A DNA stretch of 64,000 nucleotides. Origin: Sphaerodactylus townsendi. Lineage: Eukaryota. Below, piece by piece: positions 12,773 through 25,070 of this stretch (the stretch's first letter is position 1; each line of letters opens with the position of its first letter). The notes beneath the pieces were generated by a model. It was not told where the DNA came from. It worked only from the letters and a program-made list of their open reading frames with translations, and made no database searches. The stretch lies in assembly GCF_021028975.2 (NCBI RefSeq), contig NC_059434.1, positions 12,090,001 through 12,154,000 of the forward strand, given 5' to 3'. A program made the position numbers and the translations under genes.

Positions 12773-13737
12773 GTGAGGAGCTGTTCAGCATGGCAGTGTT
12801 ACTGACTAAGCTTGAATTACAAGGAATTGGATTGAGGCATTTTCAGACAGTGTTAAAAACTAGCTTGAAAGGGCACAACTGTGTTTGCTTTAAATGAGTC
12901 CTAGAATAATCTTTTAAAATGATGCTTGTTAAATGAAGTATTTGCACAATGTATACCTCATATCAAAAATCTGTAAAGATTACTTGCAGAGTCTGTGATT
13001 TATTTTTAAGGGAAGATGTGATATTAATACCTCAAAAGTTCATTTAAAATGGTTGTGGAAATGGAAAACTCATGAGTGCCCAATTAAACAGTTATGGTAT
13101 AGCTCCTGTAAATTTCAGCAAAATTAGTATGTGCTAGCTCTTGTTAGATCTTATTAAAAACCAGACTTGAACAGGAATATCTTGAAACTGCATCATGTCT
13201 TAGAGGCCAGTAAGTCTTATCAGTGATATGGGAAAAGGAATAATCTAGCTGCTGCTGAAATTAGGGTTTTAATTATATGGGGTAAAATGTGAGATAGTAA
13301 GGATTCTGTAGATTGTGACCGGAAGGATATAAAAAGCTGTTGTTGAAGCTTCATCGTTAAAGTAGGTTGTCTTGCAGTTCTGGTTGATCAGCTGACTGCA
13401 GTGTCCTTCCTCAGCTACAGCTCTTGAGTTGTCTGTGTTGGGAGTGGGGGTTGCATCCAGTTCTCTAGATAGCAGTAGAGGAAAGATCCCCAGGCCACTA
13501 GCTGATTTTATAAATTCCATCCCAATAATTAGATCAAACCTTTTTGACCCCCCCCCCTAAAATTTCAGTGAAATCATGGTTGGGAAATCCCCACCATCAT
13601 TACTGTGTAACAGAGCAGCACTAGCTTCAGAGTAGGGGAGTGAGGTTGTGCTGTGCCCTGAATTTTCTCCAGTCTTCACTGATTTGCCCGCCGGGCCTTT
13701 TTCAGCTTCAAATCATTGGATGCACAGGACATGCTAG

Positions 13738-13884
<147 letters not shown>

Positions 13885-13949
13885 TAAGTTATAGAATATA
13901 TATACATAATGATTTATTTTGGTTCACTGCCATCCAAAATGTCTATTAA

Positions 13950-14520
13950 GTATTGTCAAGTTGTTTCCAACTCTCAAATGTCTTATTGTTAGCAGTCTTA
14001 CAAAGGGAGAGCCATGGCTTCCCTTCTCTGCTGTCTTCAACCTTTCCTAACATTGTATTTTCCAGTGACTCTTGTCTTTGCATTATGTGACCAAAGTACC
14101 ACAGCTTCATTTTAGTCATTTTGGCTTCTAGGGACAGTTGGTTTGATCTACAACCCACTTATTTATTTATTTATTGTCTGTTCACAATGTCCACAATACT
14201 CTCTTTCAATCCCACACTCAAAAGGATTCGACTGTCTTCCTGTCAGCTGTTTTGATTGTCCCGCTTTCACGCCTGTTCATAGTAATAGAGAATACTCTGG
14301 CATGAAATTACTTGATCTTGGTTGCTAGTGACACATTCTTTACCTCCGAATCTTTTCTAGCTCCTTCATGGCTATCCTTCTTAGTCTCACTCTCCTGATT
14401 TCTTGGGCTGCAGTCTCCTTTTTGGTTGATGATGGAGCCAAGGAATAGAACGTCTCCCATTTCAGTTTGTTAATTGTCCATCATAAAGCTAAATCCAAAG
14501 CATACGGTTCTTTAAATTCA
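13950..14520 (-). mobile_element. RTE/BovB-like LINE fragment in RPL9 intron
   Basis: Minus-strand SLEAKMTKMKLWYFGHIMQRQESLENTMLGKVEDSR resembles the RTE/BovB ORF C-terminus; related fragment at about 51380-51880. Confidence 0.75.
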
Positions 14521-14748
14521 TCTCTAAATTTTATTGTGTTTCATTCTCTCTATCTCTAAAAGCAGTTTTTGTTCTACATTATTTTCCGCTAATAGTTTAT
14601 CTGGTGTTGTATAAGCCTGGATGCTGGCAGAGAAATTCATCTTTCTAGCAAAGTTTATCAAAGTTTGATTTTTAGCTGCAAGTCTTGGTCTTATTAAATT
14701 GTTTTTATACATTAAATGAGAGGAAATATTATTGTTCTATTGGTTTAA

Positions 14749-14886
<138 letters not shown>

Positions 14887-16289
14887 ACTTTTCCGTAGGT
14901 TGGTGTTTTTCCCTCATATGTACCTATAATATTGTATGGAGAGCTAGGTTTTACTTTATGTTGTGTGTGTGAGACCTGTTTTTCTATAGACCTGGTTTTT
15001 TTGGTCATAAAAATATCAAGAATGGAATTGATTGTTTCGTACAGTGTGTGTGTAACAATCTGTGCCCAGGGAAACCACTGTTCAACTCTTGCCTCATTTA
15101 TTTCTTTACATTATTTATTGTCTACTTTTCTCACTGGGACTCAAGGCTCTAATTTTGGTTATCTTGGCTATGTTTCTGTTGAAAGATGAGGAATAAATGT
15201 CATGACAGAAATTACGTTAGAGCATTACATGTTATTACTGAATCAGAACCTTAAGGCTACCTTGGAGTGAGTGAAGCACCAAATGCTTTCTGTTCATTGA
15301 ACAAGAAATCTTTTCACAGAAAATCTGGATTTCACATTCTGTGTGAATAGTGGCCATTGACCAAGTGGTGTTTCAGCTACAGCTTGCATGTTATAGTCAG
15401 TAATCTTTGTGTCTGGCCAAGTGTAGATCCAATTGATGACGTATACATAGTTGTAAGTTACTGTTACAGCCTGTTGATTGTTTGCGTCTCGGGCTTTAGT
15501 GTAGCCAACTTGGGGTATCTCCCTCAGAGCTGTAACTGTGACCAGTGGGGTTCCCATTCCACGCCATGGCGAAATTGTCAAAAAAATGGCTCTTTGAAAA
15601 AAGAAATGTTTAGATAAGATGCCTTATAGAAAGTGAGCCGATAGAGGGGAACAGTTGCCAGCAGACCAGATGAAAACCATGCACAGATTTATTCTAGGGC
15701 ACCAAAGCAATTATGCAGAGTGGGTATGGCATTGTGAGATGCAGGTATCTGTTGCCCCTGAATATGCTGATTCCAAAAAACATACAGCATTTGAGATGCA
15801 AATTTTTAGGAAGTTTCATGAACCCAGCACGTCAGTCGCTTTTACGGTTGTATCATAATTTCACTTACACAAATGGCTTCTTGCAGTTTTCAGTTATGCA
15901 AATGGACAAATGCCTTATCTTGCTTTGGATTTTGAGGTAGTTTGGCTGTTTAACTGTAAAAAGTTGCTTATGGTCCTGGACAAATGCTCCAGGACTGGAG
16001 CATGTGGTTTTTCTGTTGTTTTTCTGTGCAACAGGTTCCCTGAAAAGGGAAACAGCACAGCTGGTAGAAGTTTTTTAAAAGGGTTGCAAGGCCATTTTAT
16101 CCACTGTGTTTTTTATAGAGCAGTTAATTGGTGTGATATACATATTTTAGTAAGCCACCACTTGGTAAATCATTATCTATATTCTCAAATCAACTCAGTC
16201 TTTTATCATCGTAAAGACTAATTTCTCTGGCTGCTGCAGTCTTGTACTCATGTTCCTCTGTAATTTGTATTTATTTTCAAACAGATGCC

Positions 16290-19200
16290 CGGGGGGGTGG
16301 GGGGGCGCACCAGGACTAAGCCGGCTATAAATGGGACCCAAGCGGAATAATCATGGTAGCGGTAGAAGGTCCAGCGTATTGCCGAAGAGTTCCGGTGGTG
16401 AAGAATTGTCAGACCCTACCGTAAAATGACCATAGTCGTGCAAAACGCATTATTTTTGATTTTAGCTCTTGAATTGAACGGTTTTCTATTTCCAATTTGT
16501 TTAATCTTTCTCATCAGAGTTATCACGATGAAAAGCCTCTCGAGAATTGAGGAGTTTGAAGTAAGCTTCCGGCATCCACCTTGCCGTTCGTATATATTAA
16601 TAGATTTTAATCTGGAGAAGCGGGTTTGATTCTCACCTTCCATGGATGGCTTATTCTAACTTGAACGGATTATTTCTGCTCTGGTTGAAACCCGGCTGGC
16701 ATCCTTGAGTTTGGTTTTCGAACTTCCGTTCACCTGGCTGCGACGTCTGGCGGAGAGAGCTTGAAGCCCTTTCGGACTCAGACAGTATGTAGGTACATAA
16801 TCAATAGTCTTCTTCTTTCTTGAATCAAATGGCAAAGATACTTTAGATACAAGTCGTCATTTAACGTATTTTAAAATAATATTTTTATGATTTGATTTCG
16901 CAATGACCACCGAGAATTGATGTCTGGCAAAACCAGATTCAGAGCTCCGGTTTGATTGAGATGGTTAAAACAACCGATTCAGGTAACAGTAAGCTGCGCT
17001 TGCGATTTAAATATGGAAAATTTGTTAAATTACAGCATCTGATGGTACTGTCGAAGAAGGAATATTTTACTCATGAACATTTTGAATATTGGTGTTTCAA
17101 GCTTTTCTTTTTTCGGAACACTATTTTGGAGGCTCAAAACAAACCCTTTTGGCGGCTGGAATTTAATTGAAATGCAATTGCAGCTCTTTGAAATCAGATG
17201 CCATTTGTATCACTTCCGCTTCTTTCACTGGCGTAGGCACCAATGGGAATTGACGAAGTATTGCCAATAGGCTGCAGGGAACAGAGCAATCTGCACAGCA
17301 TTTTGCCCGAAGAAACGAAAGCAGGATGAACTTTTCGGTAGTGTTACTTTGAAGAAGAGGACGGAGGAGCTAAGTGGGATTTGTATCCTCCTTTCTTCCT
17401 TCCTCGCAACAACAATCTCCGGTAATTGAAGCCAACTCAGATGAATTGGGCTGGTTCTTCGCGATTCGATTGAAGCCTCCTTTCCAAAACAGGATCTTCG
17501 CCCTGCGCCATAAATTGTAGCGGAGTACGTCGGGTTGATATCCCGCCATTTATAAACGGTGTTATAGTAACGATTTTGAGTAAAGGGGGGGTTGCCGGGC
17601 GCTTCAGGTGAGGCATCCAATGGGGCGGGGCTTGGTCTTCAACCGGAAGCCGGGAATTTGACAGAGCTCCTCCTCGAAGTACCCTCTGCTTTCAATTCCA
17701 AGAGCAACATTCCAGGGTTTAGATCCATATTCCAGCATGCAATAATGCCAACAAGCGTCGGATGAGCGTCGATGGAATAGGTTCGAATACCATTTGAGGA
17801 GTCGCAGGTTCCGTTCCCGGTTAGGTTCGCCTCTTCCTCCTTTCTTCCATCCGATCATCGCAGGGCCAGAAAGCCCCGAAGCGGCCGGGATAGAGGAGGG
17901 GACCCTTCGAGACGCGCGCTGCCATTTCAGTTTAGGCCCATCACTTCCAGCTGGGGACCTTGGGGTCCGCGAATCAGCACCCGATATCACGCAGCTGGGG
18001 ACCCTTTCAATCAGTTTCTGGTTCAACTGTGGATAGCTAAAATTCGCTAAATGGAAAGCACGCGATGATGGTTACGTTCCGGTAGTTTTCGCGAAATATC
18101 CATCGGTATACCGCTCGAAATAGTATAAGCCGCAGCCCTTCGAGGATCCTGCCAGGCAGGGTTGTTGACCCAAAGCCTGGAATTTGTTCAGAACATAAAA
18201 TGACCTTCCGCTTTTGTTTCTTGGTCATTGCCGCCGGGCCAAAAATAAAACCTGTGCCCCGAATAATTTGCTCGGTTATCGGAAATCGCCGGGCCCAAGA
18301 GACTTTCAACAGCCGCGCTAAGCCGGGACGCTCAAAATCCGGTACCGCATCGATTGCGTTTGCGGTGTCGAGCCGTTCCGGCAGTCCGCTCTTCCCAGTT
18401 AATAAAAGGCATCTGGAATTTCGCACCCGCAAACCCCGGAAATTCTCCGCGGCGAGGATCCCATTGTTTCGGTCCGATTTCGTATTTCAGTACGCGATGC
18501 GAATGGTTTTCCCAGCGCCTGCGGCCTGGCCGTGAGCGCCCCATAATATTGTTACATGGCGGATGGAATTTACAGCATGCACACCAGGGATGTGGAATAG
18601 GCTCTTAGCCTCCCATTAGTGCCAATTTCGAAGTTCGAGCCCCTGTTCCGATGCAAGCATATTTATTCCTCTTTTGGGTTCGAATTCCCTGACTTTTGCA
18701 TGGCGTGGTTTAAATCTGAGAGAATCTGGTTATTGTGGGCGAACAGCAGAAGCGCGCCTCGGAAGTTCCTGGTCATCGAATGCCTCAGGCCGAGCGGCAT
18801 TTTAATTCGGATTTTAGTGCTGTTTGAACATCATGCCAGGAGTGCAAAAACAGCGTTCGGTTGCGGGAAGCAGCAACGGAAAGCGGCGAAGCCCAATGGT
18901 GATCAGCGCTTCAGAAGCCCAGCCCGTTTCATGCTGTCAGCCCGCTTCGCTGGTTCATGCTCTGGTGATATCAGCAATATGCAAACGGGCAGAAGTGCCA
19001 GTTCCATTGAAACCCCGGTGATCCTCGGTCGATTGATGGTTACTTTGCCTGGGGCCGGAGTTTCTTTAGCCGGGGCCTCGTCTGGTGGAACGTTTCACTC
19101 CAGCGCATGGCGCGCATTCTGCGTGATCTGGTTTAATTCGCGAGGGCCTCCGTACATTTGTTTAATTCATCCGGTTTTGTGGAGTCCAGCCTGATGCCCC

Positions 19201-20700
19201 TCCCTCCTTCGCGTCATCTGTGACCAAGCAGTTCCTTCCTTGGCTGGGATTAGTGGTATACTCAGTATTATTTCCCAGCAGGATATGGCACCGTGCCAGA
19301 AGGGCACCTCGAGCCCTCTGGTGGCACGCTTTTAATGTGAGTTCATCACGCGGTGGAAAACGCCCCCTGCTGCTGGCTGGCCCAGCTTACTTGAGTATGA
19401 CGCGAATTTCCTGCATGTATAGAGGACTCGGATGGGCCTTGGCAAGCTGTGTTTTGCAGGGCTGCCTGGCGGGAAAGAGTAGGAGGTAGGAGGAGAGGCA
19501 TGAGCAAAGATTTTTTTGGGATCAGAGCGGATGCTGGAGTTAGGTTGGGTCCTCGTGCTGAGCAAGAGAGTGAGGAAGAGGGAGCCAAACTGCTAAATCT
19601 AAAACCACATTCAAGAAATTGCCGTGGTTTAAGTACCCTCGTGCAGGCGAATAAGTGGGGCTTGAAGCAGTAATTTGGGGCACCTAGTCTCAAGGCTTTT
19701 CCATGTATCACTCAGAAGATTGATTAGGGAGGTTACTTGGGGCTGATTTTGTATATTTGAATGGATTATTTCATTTCGATTTTCTATTCAGTTTCCGGTT
19801 TGAGTTTGTTCACTTTATTCTTCTTTTGGGTAGAGGCATGGTTCAGAATATTGTTTGCTATTATTGTTGGTTATCATCACAACAAATAAACAAATAAAGC
19901 AACAAATAAATGACAAATACAATAACAATAAACATAACAACAAATGTACTAAATGGGAATAAATGAAGAACAACGGCAATAAAGCAAAATCTAGTCCCCG
20001 AGAAATACAAAAGTGTAATAGTTCAAGACTTGCAAAAGCTAGGGAAGAGGCATGTTTTAATACCAATGAAAAACGGAGCTCTCGTACATGTGAAAAATAT
20101 GACTTTTAATGGGTAAATGCATAATAAAGGAAAGTTAAAGCTCTGGCAAGGGGATTCCGGCACATCCAACACTTCGCAACAACTTCATTGAACATATAAC
20201 CAGGAGGTGGGATCCGGCAACCAGTTCTTCACCACCTCAGAATTTTGAGTTTGCGAAGGTTCATTGTGCCAACCTCCCGTCAATAGGGACTGGAGGTGCA
20301 TGCGCGTATGCACCACTGTTTGAATCACCATTCCAGAACTGTTATACAAAATCTTTGATCCCATTCTATCGAATATAACATCTTGGTTCCGACATAACAC
20401 AAAACTCTGGGCTTATTTCCATCAGCGAATTCATAGAAACCAAGATAGCGGATAATTCCCCATTCCACGGCGGTTTGTTTCAGCAATCTTGGTTCTTCTC
20501 TGCCCGAAAGCGCCAAGCATGGTTTCCATGAGTTGAAAACAATCCATAATGAAAACTAGTTTCAATAATGCATGAACAGCCTCTGCTTACATCTGTTCGG
20601 CCCCAACAAATCAGCGTTCATCTCCGAAGCAAAATGCAACTTCTGCCTTTAAAAACATTGGCTGGGAGGTATTTCTGCAGCTTATATATAGATTTGGTTC
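16290..20700. other. Anomalous CpG-rich, ORF-poor block; probable garbled non-LTR retroelement and/or error-rich assembly
   Basis: Abrupt compositional change after a G-run at about 16290; minus-strand remnants ENYRNVT..FPF and KLIERV resemble LINE RT; garbled hAT copy at about 20200. Confidence 0.5.
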
Positions 20701-22088
20701 TGACTCTGGAGTGTTTTCCAGCTTTTTAAAGAACGGCCACGTAAACATTGTTTACTGGGGTAATATTCAGTTCTTGTGTCACCTGAAATGATAAAAGATT
20801 CTGACACAAACAAGGTCATATTTTACAAGCAGAATAAAAAAAAAAGCTTGCTTTTCCTCAAACATGTTTTCTTTTGCCACCAACAAATACTGTTGTTTGC
20901 AAGCATATTAAAAATGATTTCCATAATCTTAGCCAGGGCCACTGATTCTTAACTTCACTCTTACAGCCTCCCTCTCTAACTGCCGGATGGACCTCCATAG
21001 CTGCCATGAGGTTCTCCATTATTTTAGCAGGCTGTTGAGGTAATTGTCAAACTCTCCTTCTCAGAGTACAGTATATGGACCTAGCGTCCTCATACCTCTG
21101 GTCCATGCATAATATTGTACCCCTGGGCCTCAGGTCAAGGGGCCCCTCAAATTTAGCGCACCAAATTGCCTCCCTCCTCGATGCCCAGGGCTCAAAAGCT
21201 GAAGGCAGTCCAGCCCTCTTCTTCACTTGGCCCTTGCAGTTTTCTCCTTCGTCATGTAATGAGGGATGGATTTCAGCTGGGCCTGCAGAGAGACAGGGAG
21301 ACTCGTCCAGCTATTCTAGGGATAAGCTAGCAGCTTAAGGATTTGCTCAAGTGAGATACTCAGACTTTTGCCAAATACAGTTAGACCTCTTGCATGTTTG
21401 AAACATTAATCAGACTGGATGTCAACGTCAGAGTTAAGGGTGGGCTGTCTAAACGCTATCCCTCCGAAAACATAACAATGACCACAGTTGTTACCTCCAT
21501 AAACGTGAATTTCTATTAAAGTGCACACATTCTTCACAGTTTAATGTCTTTTTCAAGTCAAAACTAGTTAAGCAATTATATCAAGTCGCATTAGGATGCT
21601 TCTTAAATTATAATTTAAAAATAAATTAACTACTGAAACACTACCGCCTTTTTCTTAGTGAGCACATCGGTTTAAGGCTTAATTCATTGAGATACCCTGA
21701 TCTGATCACCAAATTTGCTTCCAGTTGGGTTCATTTGGTATTTTAATTGAAGATAATCCAGGCTAAAAAACATGAAATGCAAAGAAAGAGGCCCTGTACA
21801 CCATTTGTGCTATTCTCATTTCATGCTATCCAAGAGTGGAATGACCATTGTCCCAAATCTGGCAAGGGGAATTCTAAGAGTGACAACAATGAAGAGGGAT
21901 TTATAGCTAAAACGCTCTGGGATTCCCTGCCTGTGTAAACATTAACTAATAATTCAGGATAACCATTCCGAGCAAACGCTTGCATGTTCTGATCCCATGA
22001 ACTCTTTTGCAAGAATCTTGGTATATTTTACGGGAGTGCTTCCATTTAATGGTCTCATCCTTGTTGTACATGCAGTATGAAGGTAGCC

Positions 22089-22395
22089 TTATATCTGATT
22101 GAGAACATTCTTGTGCCTACTTTTATGGTAGGGCATAGAGGTTTCGAAGTGTTTTATCTCAATGACATTTTCTTTTGTGGACAAGGATAACACTCATAAG
22201 CAAAATGAAAGTTGACAAAAGGCAGCACCCAAAGAATATTAGCGGGATCTCCTGCCCACCGCCACGCTAACCCCATTCAACCACAGCAGGTTTGGCTTTG
22301 GAGTCAGATGAAGAATCCGAATCTGGGTTTGGCCTTTTCGTCAGTCAGTTTAAATGCAAAATAGCCTCTAATGTTGACTTTGTCAATGTGGTGAG
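22089..22395 (-). CDS. KLB: Beta-klotho exon 5 (TM helix and tail), disrupted in this sequence
   Basis: Encodes [28 protein letters not shown], then shifted SDSKAKPAV...[26 protein letters not shown]; stop position approximate. Confidence 0.8.
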
Positions 22396-22706
22396 CTGAA
22401 AGCACCCAAAAAGAAGTAACCTTGAAACGTTGCCATTGCATATAACTAAACTTTTTTCTTTTACAGTACTTTTGATGTTGGGAATAGAGGACCAAAGCAA
22501 GCCGAGCAAAATCCAAGTTCAAATTTCCAGTCAGCCATGAAGCTCACTAGCAAATTATGGGACAGTCATCTCTCGCACTCAAATTAATACATTCGAGAGC
22601 CAGCATGGTGTAGTGGTTAGAGCATCAGACTAGAACCTGGAAGACCCAGGTTCAAATCTGCATTTTGCCATGGGGGAGCTTGCCCACTGGCAAATCCCAG
22701 CTTGTC

Positions 22707-23207
22707 CAGTGATGGCTAACCTTTATTTAGACCGGAAAGTGCCCGGGGAATTGCAACCCCAACCCACTCTATTTTATCGCAGTGCCAACACAGTAATTTA
22801 AAATGAATACTGAGGTTTTAGTTTAGAAAATGGTTGGTCTCGAGGCATGTATTACTCAGGGTGTTTTGGTGGTAGTCGGTGGTTTTGCTTTGAAGCAACC
22901 GTAACGGTGAATCACGACCCTAGGAGGGTTTATTTCCAGAAGTAAGCCCCATTGTCAGCAAACTGCTTACTCCCCAGGTAAAGGATCACGCTTTAGTTCT
23001 TTGCATGAAAATCAGTGGGGTTTAACAGCGCTTAACAGGGTTACCTACACTGCCTCCCCAAAACTAGGTCTTAGGTTTAATGCTAATAACGTGAGTCCAG
23101 TGGGTCCAGCCAGTCGATTTGTGTGTGTGGGACTCTTGCTTCATGTGCCCACAGAGAGGGCTCTGAGTGCCACCTCTGGCACCCGTGCCATAGGTTCGCC
23201 ATCACTG
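22707..23207. mobile_element. ~500-bp non-autonomous hAT element inserted in a SINE
   Basis: TIR cagtgatggc / gccatcactg; homologous to copies at 41928, ~45950-46459 and 50571; SINE head at about 22597. Confidence 0.8.
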
Positions 23208-23931
23208 GGCTAGTCATTCTCAGGCTCACATACCCCAAACGGGATAAAATGGAGCAGGGGAGAACAATATGTGCTCGCCTTGACTCCATGGGGGAAGGAT
23301 GAGATACAACATGATAGAAAGATGATAGTTTAACCTTGTTGAGCTCGCATAAATAATATGTCTTGGCAGTATATGATTAAAGTAGGTACTTCCTACTTTA
23401 TGAACAATGTAGCTGAGAATCAATAAACATCGCATGGTCAATATTTAACCACCACCAGCTGTAGTCTCCTTTACAAGAAATCTTTATCAAGTGCAGCCCT
23501 CAGCAGTGTTTTGAAGTTATTGTGTTTGAAAAGATGCAATTATGTTTAGTATTACACTGTTCACTGCTGAGGTGAAATGATTATTGGATATTTCTCACAG
23601 GGGCCAGATCTTTCGGCACCCTTGGCCACGGTGGGTTCAGGCATAGACCACTGAATGAGAATAAGAATATGGAATTCTCTTTTCCTGCTCCTCTTTGAAG
23701 GAGAAGACTAGCCCATGTTAGGCAGGAGCGTATCCTTATATCTAGATGTTATGGACTACAATTCCCATTGGCCCCTTCCAGCATGCTGGCAGGGGCTGAT
23801 GGGAATTGTAGTCCATAACATCTGGAGTGCCAAAGGTTCGCCACCACGGGTCTATGCCTTCCCACCTCAGCCCTGCAATGAGGGTCAGCAAAGGTACGGG
23901 CAGACCAATTACCCTTTCCCCCCTCACTCAC

Positions 23932-25070
23932 CTTTTAAGGCTTCTTGTATGTATTTTTCAATGTAGTATTTTCGAAGTTCATCGTTATTTAAAGAGTGGT
24001 CATCTATCCCATTGGCTGTCACGTAGATATCGATGTTTCCGTAGCGCTTCTTAACCCAGTTTAGCATTTTGCGTAACCCCTCTGGCACTACTGCTGAGCG
24101 AGACGGGGAATTTAGGTAGGTCAAGTCTTGGAGAAACGCCACATCCCAATCGAATTGCATCTCGACTTCCATTTTTGTCCCCTGCAGGATCACAAACCTT
24201 GTGGAGGAAGTGATTCCAGGGGCATAAAAATCACAGCACCTCTCTTTTCTCCGTTGTGAAATGTGGCAGCGCAGAGCCAGAGAGGCCTCCTATTGCTCCA
24301 TAATGCCAAGGTGTTCTCTCATGGCGACCGGGTAATCACCTGTCTTAAAAATTGGATCTGAAAACCAAGCAATTTCAAACTGGAGAAATCTTTCAGCAGC
24401 CTTCCGGTGTGTGTCAAGAAAGGGATTGGCGGGCTCTGCCCAATCAGAATGCAGAGACAGAGACACCTGACCATGCTGAAGGGGATTCATTTTTTATCAT
24501 AGACGCGTTGCCATGGCATGTAATATCAGGTAAATTGTGCGCTGCTTGATAAGTATCATTGCTACTGTTGTTATAAATATCACTGAGTCGATTGGGCTCG
24601 TTTATTGTGATCCAGAATTTAACCAAGTGCCCAAGCTTCTGAAAACACACTTCTGCATAGTTTCTGAAAGCCTGAACAGTAGACTGGTTTAACCATCCTC
24701 CATTCTGAATTAAAGGCCCCGGAAGACCCAAAGAGCGGTGGGTTGGGTAATATAAAGTGACCACAGGGCTAATTTGGGCTTTGATCATCTCGCTAACCAT
24801 ACATCGGTAATATCGAAGGACTTGCGTGTTGATGGACGACAACCCTCCACTGGGTAGAAGCAGAGACCAATTGAGTGCAAATCTATAATGCGTGATTTTT
24901 GTTTTTGACAACAGTTCCAGCTGCTTTTTAATGCTCACAAAATCTGTACACTGAGCCGGACGGGTTTTCAACTGGACTCCCTTCACCTGATGGAAAAGCC
25001 CATCTCCAGTAATGTTCCAGAGATACAGGTTTGGATCACGGAATTGGGGAGATGAGGCAACAGATTCAGC
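23932..25070 (-). CDS. KLB: Beta-klotho exon 4 (second GH1-like domain), with internal frameshifts
   Basis: Encodes [19 protein letters not shown]...WITINEP...[12 protein letters not shown]...YIQEALK; AG acceptor and GTGAGT donor; pieces lie in different frames between about 24180 and 24535. Confidence 0.9.

Noticed and set aside
18619-19194. 191-aa plus-strand ORF in the anomalous block
   Set aside because: No recognisable motif, non-ATG start, and open frames of this size are expected in GC-rich sequence
19815-20066. 83-aa hydrophobic ORF (LLLCLLLLYLSFICCFICLFVV) superficially like a viral envelope or surface protein
   Set aside because: It is the reverse complement of a low-complexity (AAC/AAAT)-rich tract, which yields Leu/Phe/Cys-rich peptides by chance; no accompanying viral ORFs are recognisable
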